Shown here: piece after piece, positions 22,777 to 33,000 of the stretch
Numbering within the stretch: position 1 is the stretch's first letter
How the letters are laid out: each line of letters begins with the position of its first letter
Assembly: GCF_001194135.2 (NCBI RefSeq)
Contig: NC_068983.1
Span: 148,498,096-148,531,095, forward strand
DNA length: 33,000 nucleotides
Direction: 5' to 3'
Source: Octopus bimaculoides
Lineage: Eukaryota
The notes under the pieces: model-generated
Database searches by the model: none
What the model was told of the DNA's origin: nothing
The model's input: the letters and a program-made list of their open reading frames with translations, nothing else
Made by a program: the position numbers and the translations under genes

Positions 22777-25077
22777 AACCTAGTCACACACACAAACAAA
22801 TACACACACAAACAAATATACACACAAACAAATACACACACAAACAAACAAACACACAACCAAACACACACACACACACATGTACATATCATATATTATT
22901 TGTCAAAACCTTTGTTAAAACAAAACACTGGTTTCTGACGAGCACCAGCGAATGAAAACAGTTTGAATGAGTTAAGTCGCGGTTTTGATACTCGACTAAT
23001 GTATTCATCTCCGGTGCTAACGTCTCTGAGAAATGCATGAACGTCACAACTTTCCGAAATTCTTACAGAGTAAATTTTTGAAATTTGACTCCTAGTTTTT
23101 AGGAATATGGATTTCCCTTGATTATATAGCATTTGGGTTCGGCTTTCTGGCTTTTCTTAGCTTTCAAATCCTGTAGAAGTTAACTTAGGTCTCTATTATT
23201 ATCGTTGAATGCACACAATCTGAACGTTCCCGTGCATTCTCTTCTGCCATTCACGCACCGGAATGGTGAGTGGGCAGCTGAAATTCTTGGACACCTAAGG
23301 ACTTCCTCAACTTATTACTTTTCTCTTTTTTATTTTATACTGGTGACAGCAAACAGGATTTCGACTTAAATCATATAGAACCAAAATAGAAAACACAAGG
23401 CATCGATTTTGACGCTCTGAAATTCTTTCGATCTACCGCCCGATATTGGCATTTTATTCACTAACACCAAATAGATGAAAAGCAAAACTGATCTAGATGG
23501 ACAAAACATTCTATGCAATACCAAAATGAATCTGCCGATTCAACGCCATAATTATTACTCCGGGCCGATAAAATGACTACCAGTCATACTGTATGACAAA
23601 CTTTGACAATTGAAAAGTCGTTGGTTCCTCAGCCGCAGTGCAGTGACGTTCCCGTAAACAAGACACCACTGAAGAGCCATACTCACTAACCTGTAATTAA
23701 ATGCTTTTGAGATGTGTAATTTGTCGATGTATTTTGTGAATATACTGTAAAATTGTCAGTTGATTCAATCTCTTACAGAGGGCAATTTGATGATAACCGT
23801 GAAAAGGAAGTAAACTCGGGATATGCTGGCTTTCTATCAAGGAGAAGGCCTGTTTCTCATCTGCTTAACATCATGTGAACTATATCGTCGGTTCGAGAGA
23901 CAGAGGTGGTTTGTGAACGGAAATATCATAAATAAAAATCATTCTAATACTGAAGATAAATTTGAAGATAGCAATCAGCGGTTTCCTTTACTTTTGGACA
24001 GTAGCTAATATGACAGCAATCTTCAGTCCGCTTAAAAATTTGTATCGTTTTATTATTCCTTTTGAAGCTGTCTGAAAGTCAATGTTGACAGATGTTGGAG
24101 AATGAGACTTTTACAAAGAACTTTAAAAATCTAAAATCAGAAAGCAAATTTCAAAAAATAACACACTAAAAGATTTATTTCAAATTTTCCATCCTTCGAC
24201 TTTTTTTCTGTTTGATTGCTTCTTTATTAATTTGGTGTAATTTTTGTATTTTTACGTTTTTTCTTTTTTATCTTTTTTAATGGATTTGTTTTCTAAATGA
24301 ATACAAGGACTGCAAACAAATGAAAATGCAAACTAGATTAAAGACATGCAAAAGATGACGCAATGCTTGTAGTTGATTTGCAATAATGCTTTAATTAAAA
24401 CATCAAGGCCCAGCATTAAAAATTCTTAACTAAACACTGCGGACCGCTCGTAGAGTAAACGTAGAGCTATCGGTGTTGTGAAAGCCTGTGACACAGTATC
24501 GATTCCCTACTGAAGCCTTTTGCACATAAAATTATAGTATTTAATTCATTTCGGAACATCAAAGCCACATTATCTCATTTTAGTATCCTTTAAGATATAT
24601 TGCCATGTGTTTCGTCGAGAATAAACAAATATCTTTTTAACAAAACAAAAGAAAAACATTTTTTGGACAACTTATAAAATCTCTGAAAACTGAAATGCAA
24701 GCTTGGATTCCCGAAGTTCATCTTCACAGTCCCACCAATACAATTCGGAACTTTGTAAACATTCCGAATTCTGAGTTCAAAAAATATTCGATGCTTCTAA
24801 CCCCTTAGAAATGGCATGAGTAACTTAAACCACTTTCCTTTCTTCTTGATTGAAATGAGCAAAGACGTTATAAATTTTCCGAGACGAATACACGGTTAAC
24901 ATTATTAGAGTATCCAGCGTAGTTTATTTAACTAAGACGTCTGTATTATTGTACTTAGCTTATTGACTTTGTATGGAATAAGCAGTCAGATAGACGAATA
25001 GTGAATACTTTGGTTTCTGTTAAGTCTTAAATAGCTAAAGCGATTATTCTAAAACATTATTGTTGCTTATACACACA

Positions 25078-25114
<37 letters not shown>

Positions 25115-25259
25115 GCAAGCCCACACACACACCCACACAAACACAGACACACACACACAGGCAAGCCCACACACACATACATGAATACATGCACATACGT
25201 ACATACATTTTTCAACGGTATTTGAATGAACATGAAAATGGTTTCCGTGGTGTTTTCAT

Positions 25260-25620
25260 GACGATTCTTTCTTTTTCTCTTTTGTAGCTCTCTTCTACTT
25301 CTAGATCTTTTGTGTAACGCTTTTGAAATTTGAAGAAAATTTACCACTTTTCAAACATATGATGATGGAAAGCCATTTAATAAAAAAAATGAAAACAGCA
25401 TTTTCGGTACATACTTCTGATCGCTTTCAATCAAGCGCCCAAAGCTTCCGAAGCCGATACAGACGTTTATGCTGTGTACGGAGAAGGCCCTATTACTGAA
25501 AGAACTACACAGAAGTGGTTTTCACGCTTCAAGGAGCGGAAAGTCTACCTGAAAGACAATACTTGTTCTGGCGAGGATCAACCGAACGATCTCATCGACG
25601 AAGATCCGTGCCAATAACCC
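25260..25620 (+). pseudogene. Mariner transposase N-terminal (HTH) fragment
   Basis: 25399-25617 is stop-free: HFRYILLIAFNQAPKASEADTDVYAVYGEGPITERTTQKWFSRFKERKVYLKDNTCSG...LIDEDPCQ*. This matches the Mos1/Hsmar1-type pattern (HFRH.LLF.F..G..A.EA...I..VYG....ERT.Q.WF.RFK.G...L.D..RSG). It is cut off by a SINE; the upstream boundary is uncertain. Confidence 0.85.
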
Positions 25621-25648
25621 AATTTATCTCATAACCACTATATATATA

Positions 25649-25818
25649 GGCGCAGGAATGGCTGTGTGGTAAGTAGTCTGCTTACCAACCACATGGCTAC
25701 GGGTTCAGCCCCACTGCGTGACACCTTGGGCAGGTGTCTTCTATAGCCTCGGGCCGACCAAAGCCTTGTGAGTGGATTTGGTAGACGGAAACTGAAAGAA
25801 GCTCGTCGTATATATATA

Positions 25819-25857
<39 letters not shown>
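25649..25857 (+). mobile_element. tRNA-derived SINE, family D, running into (GT)n and a gap
   Basis: GGCGCAGGAATGGCTGTGTGGTAAG (A box), GGGTTCAGCCCC (B box), CACCTTGGGCAGGTGTCTT, GGTAGACGGAAACTGAAAGAAGC, then TA/GT repeats. Confidence 0.85.
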
Positions 25858-26141
25858 NNNNNNNNNNNNNNNNNNNNNNNNNNNNNNNNNNNNNNNNNNN
25901 NNNNNNNNNNNNNNNNNNNNNNNNNNNNNNNNNNNNNNNNNNNNNNNNNNNNNNNNNNNNNNNNNNNNNNNNNNNNNNNNNNNNNNNNNNNNNNNNNNNN
26001 NNNNNNNNNNNNNNNNNNNNNNNNNNNNNNNNNNNNNNNNNNNNNNNNNNNNNNNNNNNNNNNNNNNNNNNNNNNNNNNNNNNNNNNNNNNNNNNNNNNN
26101 NNNNNNNNNNNNNNNNNNNNNNNNNNNNNNNNNNNNNNNNN

Positions 26142-26458
26142 TGTAAAGGGTAAAGACCGCCTCCGGTCGCAAGTGACCATGAAATTGCACATAGAAAGTT
26201 CCCCTCCAAAGCATAACTCCGGGCAAGGTTGTTTGTGGAAGACCAGCAGTCATCCATGCATTTCAGTCTCCCATCTCCATGCCACTAATGTTATCCAAGG
26301 CAAAGGCAAAGGGGCCGATACAGCTTGGCACCAGTGACGTCGCAAATCATTTCTACAGCTAGGGAACTGGACCAACGTGAAATAAAGTGTCAGCCCGGTC
26401 AAGGAATTGAACTGACAACCTCATGATTCAAGTACGATGCTGTAACCAGTGGTTCATA
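26142..26458 (-). mobile_element. SINE-like element with degenerate tRNA head
   Basis: The reverse strand begins ACCACTGGTTACAG...GAGGTTGTCAGTTCAATTCC (B box), then GACACTTTATTTCACGTTG, a block shared with family C copies. Confidence 0.6.
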
Positions 26459-26574
26459 TAATTATGCACCCACATACACACACACCATACGTCTACAGCG
26501 AAAAATTTCCTCCAGTGAATGAGTTTGTTACGTGTTCGAACATGCCCCAAGTATGTATATACCTATGGGTAGGA

Positions 26575-26700
26575 GTCTAAACATTTGGGAGGAATACAGT
26601 CCACCAAATAGACCCAGTACACGACTGTTATATATTTTATCGAACCTTGAAGTATTGAAGGTAAAGCCAACTTCGGAAACAATTTAAATTAGAACATAGG
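26575..26700 (-). mobile_element. Degenerate SINE family A fragment
   Basis: GACCCAGTAC...ATTTTATCGAACC...GAAGGTAAAGCCAACTTCGG..AATTTAAATTAGAAC parallels GACCCCAGT...TTATCGACCCC...AAAGGCAAAGTTGACTTCGG..AATGTGAACTCCGAAC of the copy at 8117-8334. Confidence 0.55.
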
Positions 26701-26883
26701 AGGAAAAGATTAGGCAAAAGAGGGATTTGTTCGTGGTTCACCTATACTGAGAATCGATCTCATCCATTCATGTTATAAACAATAAATGCAGTTATGCACA
26801 TATGCACATGCCATATCCACATACATGCTGTTAGAGATATATTGCTAAACGTAATAACATATACCATGAACTAAAACTAAAGC
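26680..26883 (+). repeat. Left arm of a 204-bp inverted duplication
   Basis: Base-by-base comparison with the reverse complement of 28023-28226 showed no mismatch. Confidence 0.95.
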
Positions 26884-27551
26884 ATTGTAGACGAATGAGA
26901 TTGTTTCTACTGTTGTCAGATTCCGCTAGAAATTAATTCAGTGATATTTAATATTGATCAAAACTACATTCTTTCTATCTTTACTATGCACACACACGCA
27001 CACTACTTTTTTCTACCTTTATGCATACATACACACACAAATACGTGCTTACTACTTTCCAGCTCTACACAGTACTTTTCCTAAAGTCTCCCTCTCAAAA
27101 CCCATTGTTTGCATTTTTCAGTAAATTTTAATTATCGATTCAACCGAAATAAAAAGCAAAATTTAAACACTTTGACATCGACTTTTCTTTTCTGCTACAT
27201 AACTCTCACTTAATATCGAGGTAAGCGAACGTAATTGTACAAAAGTAATTTATGAACTACCAAACGCAAATACCTCACTCCTACACACACATGCACACAA
27301 AAAACACACAAATATATGTATGTATCTATGTATGTATGTATCTGCTTTCTTGTATACGAGCAAGCCATTGCCTCAAAGAATCATTGAAATGAGTCACTGA
27401 TAATGCAATGTGAGGCCCAAAGATTTTCCCATTGTATTGCATAAGTACTCGCTGGCAGAAGGAACCGGTGCTATAGTATGAAGTATTTTGACATGTTCTT
27501 TTAACTGAACAGCATACCTTGCCAACAAACACACACACACGCATATATATA

Positions 27552-27583
<32 letters not shown>

Positions 27584-28022
27584 NNNNNNNNNNNNNNNNN
27601 NNNNNNNNNNNNNNNNNNNNNNNNNNNNNNNNNNNNNNNNNNNNNNNNNNNNNNNNNNATATATATGCAACCACATACACATGCTTAACAAAGTATGTTT
27701 TTGTGCTTTATGTTCCCGTTCCTTTTTCTGACATCCTGTACCCGGATATGCATCTATATATACATGGAGATGTAGTTATGTACATATATGTAGATTTCCT
27801 CTTTGCTAACACGTTGCATACAGCTGCCTAAATTAATTTTTATACACAAACACATACACACACACATACACACACATATAATGTATATACCTAATATATA
27901 GTACATATGCACACATAGGGTGTTCGGACTAATTTTTTTTTTTTTCAGTAACAGCTTGATGCATTTGTGAGAAGCCAACGGTGTTGAAGAGCATAAAGAT
28001 GAAAAGTTTTGATTAATACAAG

Positions 28023-28226
28023 GCTTTAGTTTTAGTTCATGGTATATGTTATTACGTTTAGCAATATATCTCTAACAGCATGTATGTGGATATGGCATGT
28101 GCATATGTGCATAACTGCATTTATTGTTTATAACATGAATGGATGAGATCGATTCTCAGTATAGGTGAACCACGAACAAATCCCTCTTTTGCCTAATCTT
28201 TTCCTCCTATGTTCTAATTTAAATTG
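28023..28226 (-). repeat. Right arm of a 204-bp inverted duplication
   Basis: Reverse complement of 26680-26883; directly abuts the Penelope-like remnant. Confidence 0.95.
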
Positions 28227-29077
28227 CTGAAAATTGGTAAAGAGGTAGTTGTAGCATGATGATTGGCACCAAGTATAAAAATTCTGTGATCGTGACTGCT
28301 GCTCAGTACTCTATGAACACTGTAAAAGTCTTTAAGATGTGGCATGGACGGCTGTGAGACTAAGAGTAAATGGCCAACTGGGAGGAATATAGCAGGTATT
28401 CTAACTGTGTTCGCCAGCCATTGTTCATTCTCAAATTTTTCAAAAGTGAAGCTGCTGCAGACTGTTGTTAATCGGTGGCTAGAAAAGGTTGCTGCTGGAA
28501 GGCAGCAGGATTCGGCCCTTGGCCTGTTGTGTCAACGCCCCCAAGCGAACAAGTAGGCTCGACCAAGATATATAAATAGAGGTAGTCTGACCGTGGTAAG
28601 AGTCGACTGAGGGTAGACTGACTGTTCAGTAGCTGTTGAGTAGCAGTTGCGTAGAGATCATCCGAAGGTGCAAGATAGCAGTAGCTTGAGACATAACATG
28701 GTGATAATTCCAGGAGTCAGAAGTAGTATCTACCACTTCACAGCCCCAATTTCTGGCTTCTTAATCCTTGAGAGTAATTCCATGGATTAATATGTGTGAG
28801 ACGCGGTTGAGAAAGGCACGAACAGCCCTGCCTGTAACATCAACTTGAGGTATGAGTGTGAGTCTGTGTGTTTGTAGTGGATGGAGGTGGTGAGAGTGGA
28901 GTGATGAATACTGACCGAAATGTCGAGAAAGGCGACTGAGGTGTCGGAAATCGTGCAGGAGAAGTGGAGGGCAGGATGGAAAGATTTGACAAAAGATAGG
29001 AAAGAGTCTAGATGTTCACAGGAGAGTCAGGTCGCACCGATACAGTTGGCAATATAACAACCGTATAGTTCAGGAGT
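28227..29077 (-). mobile_element. Penelope-like retroelement remnant (RT core plus probable GIY-YIG C-terminus)
   Basis: 29077 to about 28845 reads TPELYGCYIANCIGAT*LSCEHLDSFLSFVKSFHPALHFSCTISDTSVAFLDISVSIHHSTLTTSIHYKHTDSHSYL. This is the PLE RT pattern (YIDD decayed to YIAN, FHP.L.F, FLD, YK.TDSH.YL). RIFILG near 28270-28290 resembles the PLE endonuclease end. Confidence 0.85.
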
Positions 29078-29080
29078 GGG

Positions 29081-29139
<59 letters not shown>

Positions 29140-29436
29140 AATTTTCGCTGAAACTAATCCAGTTTCAATTTCTTTACGCAGTTCCTGCCCTGTACGTCAG
29201 TTACATTTTATGCCACATTGTCTTATTTTTCCTAGGTATAGCGAATGTTTCTGTATATCATGTAAATTCATTCACAAGGTTGTTGCTGTCGCTATTGTTG
29301 CAGGTGTGTCTGTTCTATTTTAAGCCTAACTCATTTCTGTGCCAACAAACTGACCAATTGCATTCTAATTACTAGCTATGCCACCATATTTTCCAGCATT
29401 GTTTACCTAGGTTTACATTATTTAATATATTCTTCT

Positions 29437-29510
29437 TTTTGAAGATAATAATTGAGCTATATTTAACTTGCTATATTTATTTTGAAGAATAAATTGAACT
29501 ATATTTAACT
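29437..29510. repeat. Imperfect tandem duplication, period about 43
   Basis: TTTTGAAGA(T)AATA(A)ATTGA(G/A)CTATATTTAACT occurs twice. Confidence 0.8.
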
Positions 29511-30502
29511 GCCTTTCAGAATAAATCGAATGATCACGTAACGTTACTCAGATTGCGGTGGAAACGGAACATAGTGTTAATGGCAAATTAATTTTTTGCA
29601 TATAAACTACTGACGCTCAACATCTTTGTTACAAAGATACACTATAATAGCTTGTACGTCCTCGAAGTCTATAAAATGAGTACTAGAATTGGAGCCGAAT
29701 TCCAATGATACTCCTTTACAATTGTGTTGCCTTGTACAACGACGAGCTGGGTGATGTTTGCCGAGGATAGTTTCCAAAGCGCCAAAATAAGGAAACGCAA
29801 AACTGAAACAGGGAGTAAAATCCAACTGAATAACAGCAAATGAAAACAACAAGAATAGATTAGTAGAAGTGCCTCCTCAATAGAAAGATTATGCTTCTAC
29901 TCGAGTAACAATTAAGTTGTTGATGAAGAGAATAGCAAACTAAGATTCACCGTAATTCGAAGATCGATCCAGAAGGACTTTAGGTAATCCCATGTCAATG
30001 GTGCATGGAGATTGACTATTGAAACGCATTTGGGTTTGGAATATAAGGCACACTTGAAGGACAGGATGCCATTACAAACAATACAAAGATATTACACAGC
30101 TTATTATCCATCCATTCAAAAAATGCTAAGAGCACACTCGGGTCAACAACGCTTCATGGGCTCGCGGAGAAACACCAACTTGATCCAGTAAGTAGATTCT
30201 TAGCCGCGTGTGGGCCAGAACCTAACAAGGTTTGGATGTATTATTTCGTTTTAAATTTAAGCATACCTTGCTTAATCGTTGCATTCTTTAATATACATTT
30301 TCATTCATTTGTGATTTTGTGTACATGTTAGTAATTACTTGGATTTTTATTAGTTATCTTGTCCTTTTAATTTTAAAACCTTTTCTAAATTTCCCCTCGA
30401 CTACATACAACTTTTCTTTCACTCCCTAAATGTATCTGTAAGCAACTTGTTTCATCTGCGCCGTATTTTCTATATTTTTTTTGGAGCCCTGGTGGCTTAT
30501 TT

Positions 30503-30650
30503 AGAAAGAACTATTGACTTTGCCTTTCATCATTTCAGGAACGCTAAAATAAAGTACAAACTAACTATTGGAATCTACTACACTTTCCCCGAATGTCAGC
30601 CTTGTGACAAAATTTAAAACAAGTTTGTTATTATTAGTAGTAGTATTGTA
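30503..30650 (+). mobile_element. Degenerate SINE family A 3' half
   Basis: TTGACTTTGCCTTTCATCATTTCAGG...AAAATAAAGTAC...CAGCCTTGTG...(TTA/GTA)n tail. Confidence 0.65.
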
Positions 30651-30663
30651 ACTGATTTAAGCA

Positions 30664-30704
<41 letters not shown>

Positions 30705-31818
30705 CACACACACACGCGCACATATACACACACATACATATATATATATCGATTTTTTCTTATGAATTAAGCATATCAAACGAAACAACCCACCTTTATA
30801 AGTCTAGATATTAGATATTGGAGAAATATATGCCCACTAGCCATTGTTCTACCATATAAGTTTAATGAACAGGTAAGCATACATTATAATTGGCCAATGA
30901 CACAGGTTCGATTCTTATTTAAATCGATTTCATTTTTGTATGCTACAAGCGCTTTTGGAAGGAAAAAATGCATGGTAACTTCTCATGTAGTCTTCTTCCA
31001 TGATATCGGAGCTTTACTTCTTACTAAATGTAATCAATAGAAATAATGATTCATTTAATATAGAAAACATAATATTCTGAGTAATATACTCTATGATATA
31101 ATTTGATTTCAAACTGAAGATCGTTATATTTATTTAAGATGTAAAGGGAACAATAACCCATTGTCCTCTTCCAAGAAAAAATACATAATTTTCATGCCTA
31201 CTCAGACAGAACTCAATAACTGGTGTTATCCTTTATATCCATATCAGTCATGATCAAGGAGAATACATGATCAAAGGTGTTCCAGCCGCAAGGATCAATT
31301 TCTTTTTATTTCGTTTCTTTTATCATGTATAGTGTATATGAAATTGCATTATTCAATATGTCCTTTTTCACAAGCTCTGAGGGAAATTTTGCTTCTATAG
31401 TTTACCAGGCTGAATAACCCAATAATAGTTACTACATTCCATTAAGCACCGTCGATTTGGGAAATTTTTCAAAAAACGTATACTCCCCAAACCATTCCGA
31501 ATCACTTATGACGTTAATGCTTTTGAGATAAGTATAGACGAACGTGACCCTATATCCAGATAAGAATATGAACTTCTGTCTACTGCATAACAGAGCTTCA
31601 AGCATATTCGTTTCTCATTTTGCTTTACAACGATTATTATATGAAAATATAAAACGTATACCGCAAAACGAAGTCAATGAAATCAGTACTAGTAATTATT
31701 ATGGGCTGAAACTGTTAGATACGCCCCTACGCATTACTAGAAAGGCTTTTGCGCCTATGGAAGAAATCAATAGGCTGGGTTGTACATTGACTGGGTGTGG
31801 TTGATGCATAATAAAAGC

Positions 31819-31820
<2 letters not shown>

Positions 31821-31911
<91 letters not shown>

Positions 31912-32035
31912 CTCCTTTTCTCTTCATCGCACTCTCTCACTCTCACATTCGGTCTCTCTCTCTCTCTCTCTTTCTATTTCTTCCTCTCTCTCTCTCTTTC
32001 TCTTTCTTTCTTTCTTTCTCTCTCTCTCTCTCTCC

Positions 32036-32066
<31 letters not shown>

Positions 32067-32068
32067 TT
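31821..32068. repeat. Long (CA)n followed by (CT)n-rich tract
   Basis: (CA)n 31821-31909; CT-rich about 31910-32068. Confidence 0.95.
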
Positions 32069-32919
32069 GCTGAAATGTTCATATTTCGGATCGATACCAA
32101 AGAATTGTATTTTCTATAAAGGGGAAGTAACAACGTAATTCTTGCTCAAGTGCCTGACCAATATCAAAGCAGCTGTTCAGTTTCCTTCAATTGTAATACT
32201 TGAATAAAGAAGTATTTTGTTCTAATACACAATAAAAGAATACAGAAAAGTCTATTTGAGTTGATAACATTATAACAATAACCAAGGCAGACGGTTTATT
32301 ACCTTTTCTTTATATTCTTTCTTTGATTCACGATAAGACTACGAAAATCACGATAGATTGAATTAAAACAGGCGTAATGTTTTACGCAGACACACACATA
32401 AATATATACGTATCTATACACGCACGCTACATACATGCAAAGCGCATATACGCACATACATACATACATACATACATACATACACATAGATAAAAATGGT
32501 AGATAAATATCAGTGTATATCTATTCTGAATGTTATAGTCTCTTTAATCTCGCCTCTCATTCTCTTTCTGCCCACGTCTCTCCCTCTCTCTATCAGCCCC
32601 GCTCTTTCCCCCATCCGGTCTTTTCCCATTACGAAGATATTTACTGGAAGTCATAAGAATACCAGCTTTTTTAATGGCAGAGTAAAGGTGAACAAGTGCA
32701 CTGAGCATATCAAACATTCAAAACAGTTGACTATGCATTTGTAGGCAAGGAGGCCAATGAACCTTGCTTTCACTCTAAACATATTACATGTTTAAAGAGC
32801 AGGTATGGAAGCCGAGAGAATCCGTTTGATCGATTACATTGCACAAACCAAGTTGACGAACAGACGATTGATTGCTATTCTCGTATCAAATACTGTCTTA
32901 ACGATATAAATGCGCGCGT

Positions 32920-33000
<81 letters not shown>
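32920..33000. repeat. (CA)n-(TA)n microsatellite
   Basis: Directly visible at the window end. Confidence 0.95.

Noticed and set aside
24435-24510. Possible tRNA gene (GTATCGATTCCC, B-box-like)
   Set aside because: No cloverleaf or acceptor stem; at most a decayed SINE head. The SINE heads elsewhere are likewise not tRNA genes.
27326-27520. Open minus-strand frame of about 65 codons in the inverted-repeat spacer
   Set aside because: Its start lies in microsatellite/gap sequence, there is no donor site, and no homology was recognised.
29880-30191. Mostly open frame (…SHVNGAWRLTIETHLGLEYKAHLKDRMPLQ…) ending at CA|GTAAGT
   Set aside because: An in-frame stop follows the nearest acceptor and no family was recognised.

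Overview
AT-rich eukaryotic non-coding DNA with dense microsatellites and eight N gaps, most of them abutting (TA)n or (GT)n runs. The repeat content (several tRNA-derived SINE families, a short mariner MITE, RTE-clade LINE pieces, a Penelope-like element) points to an octopus genome; this is an inference from remembered repeat sequences, not a database hit. I can support no intact protein-coding gene, tRNA, rRNA or CRISPR array. Most ORFs in the supplied track are artefacts of microsatellites or gaps. Recognisable protein remnants are all mobile-element derived: RTE reverse transcriptase (about 8900-9750, +), two LINE-type C2H2 zinc-finger 3' ends (9771-10162, -; 13141-13420, +), a mariner transposase N-terminus (25399-25617, +) and a Penelope RT/GIY-YIG remnant (28227-29077, -). 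The most unusual structures are a 204-bp apparently perfect inverted duplication fused to the Penelope 3' end, a pre-miRNA-like 30-bp hairpin at 2077-2139, a shared 3' stem-loop in the two zinc-finger LINE tails, and a 343-bp foldback element. All alignments were done by eye and boundaries are approximate unless stated. I see no convincing evidence of a novel multi-gene system.
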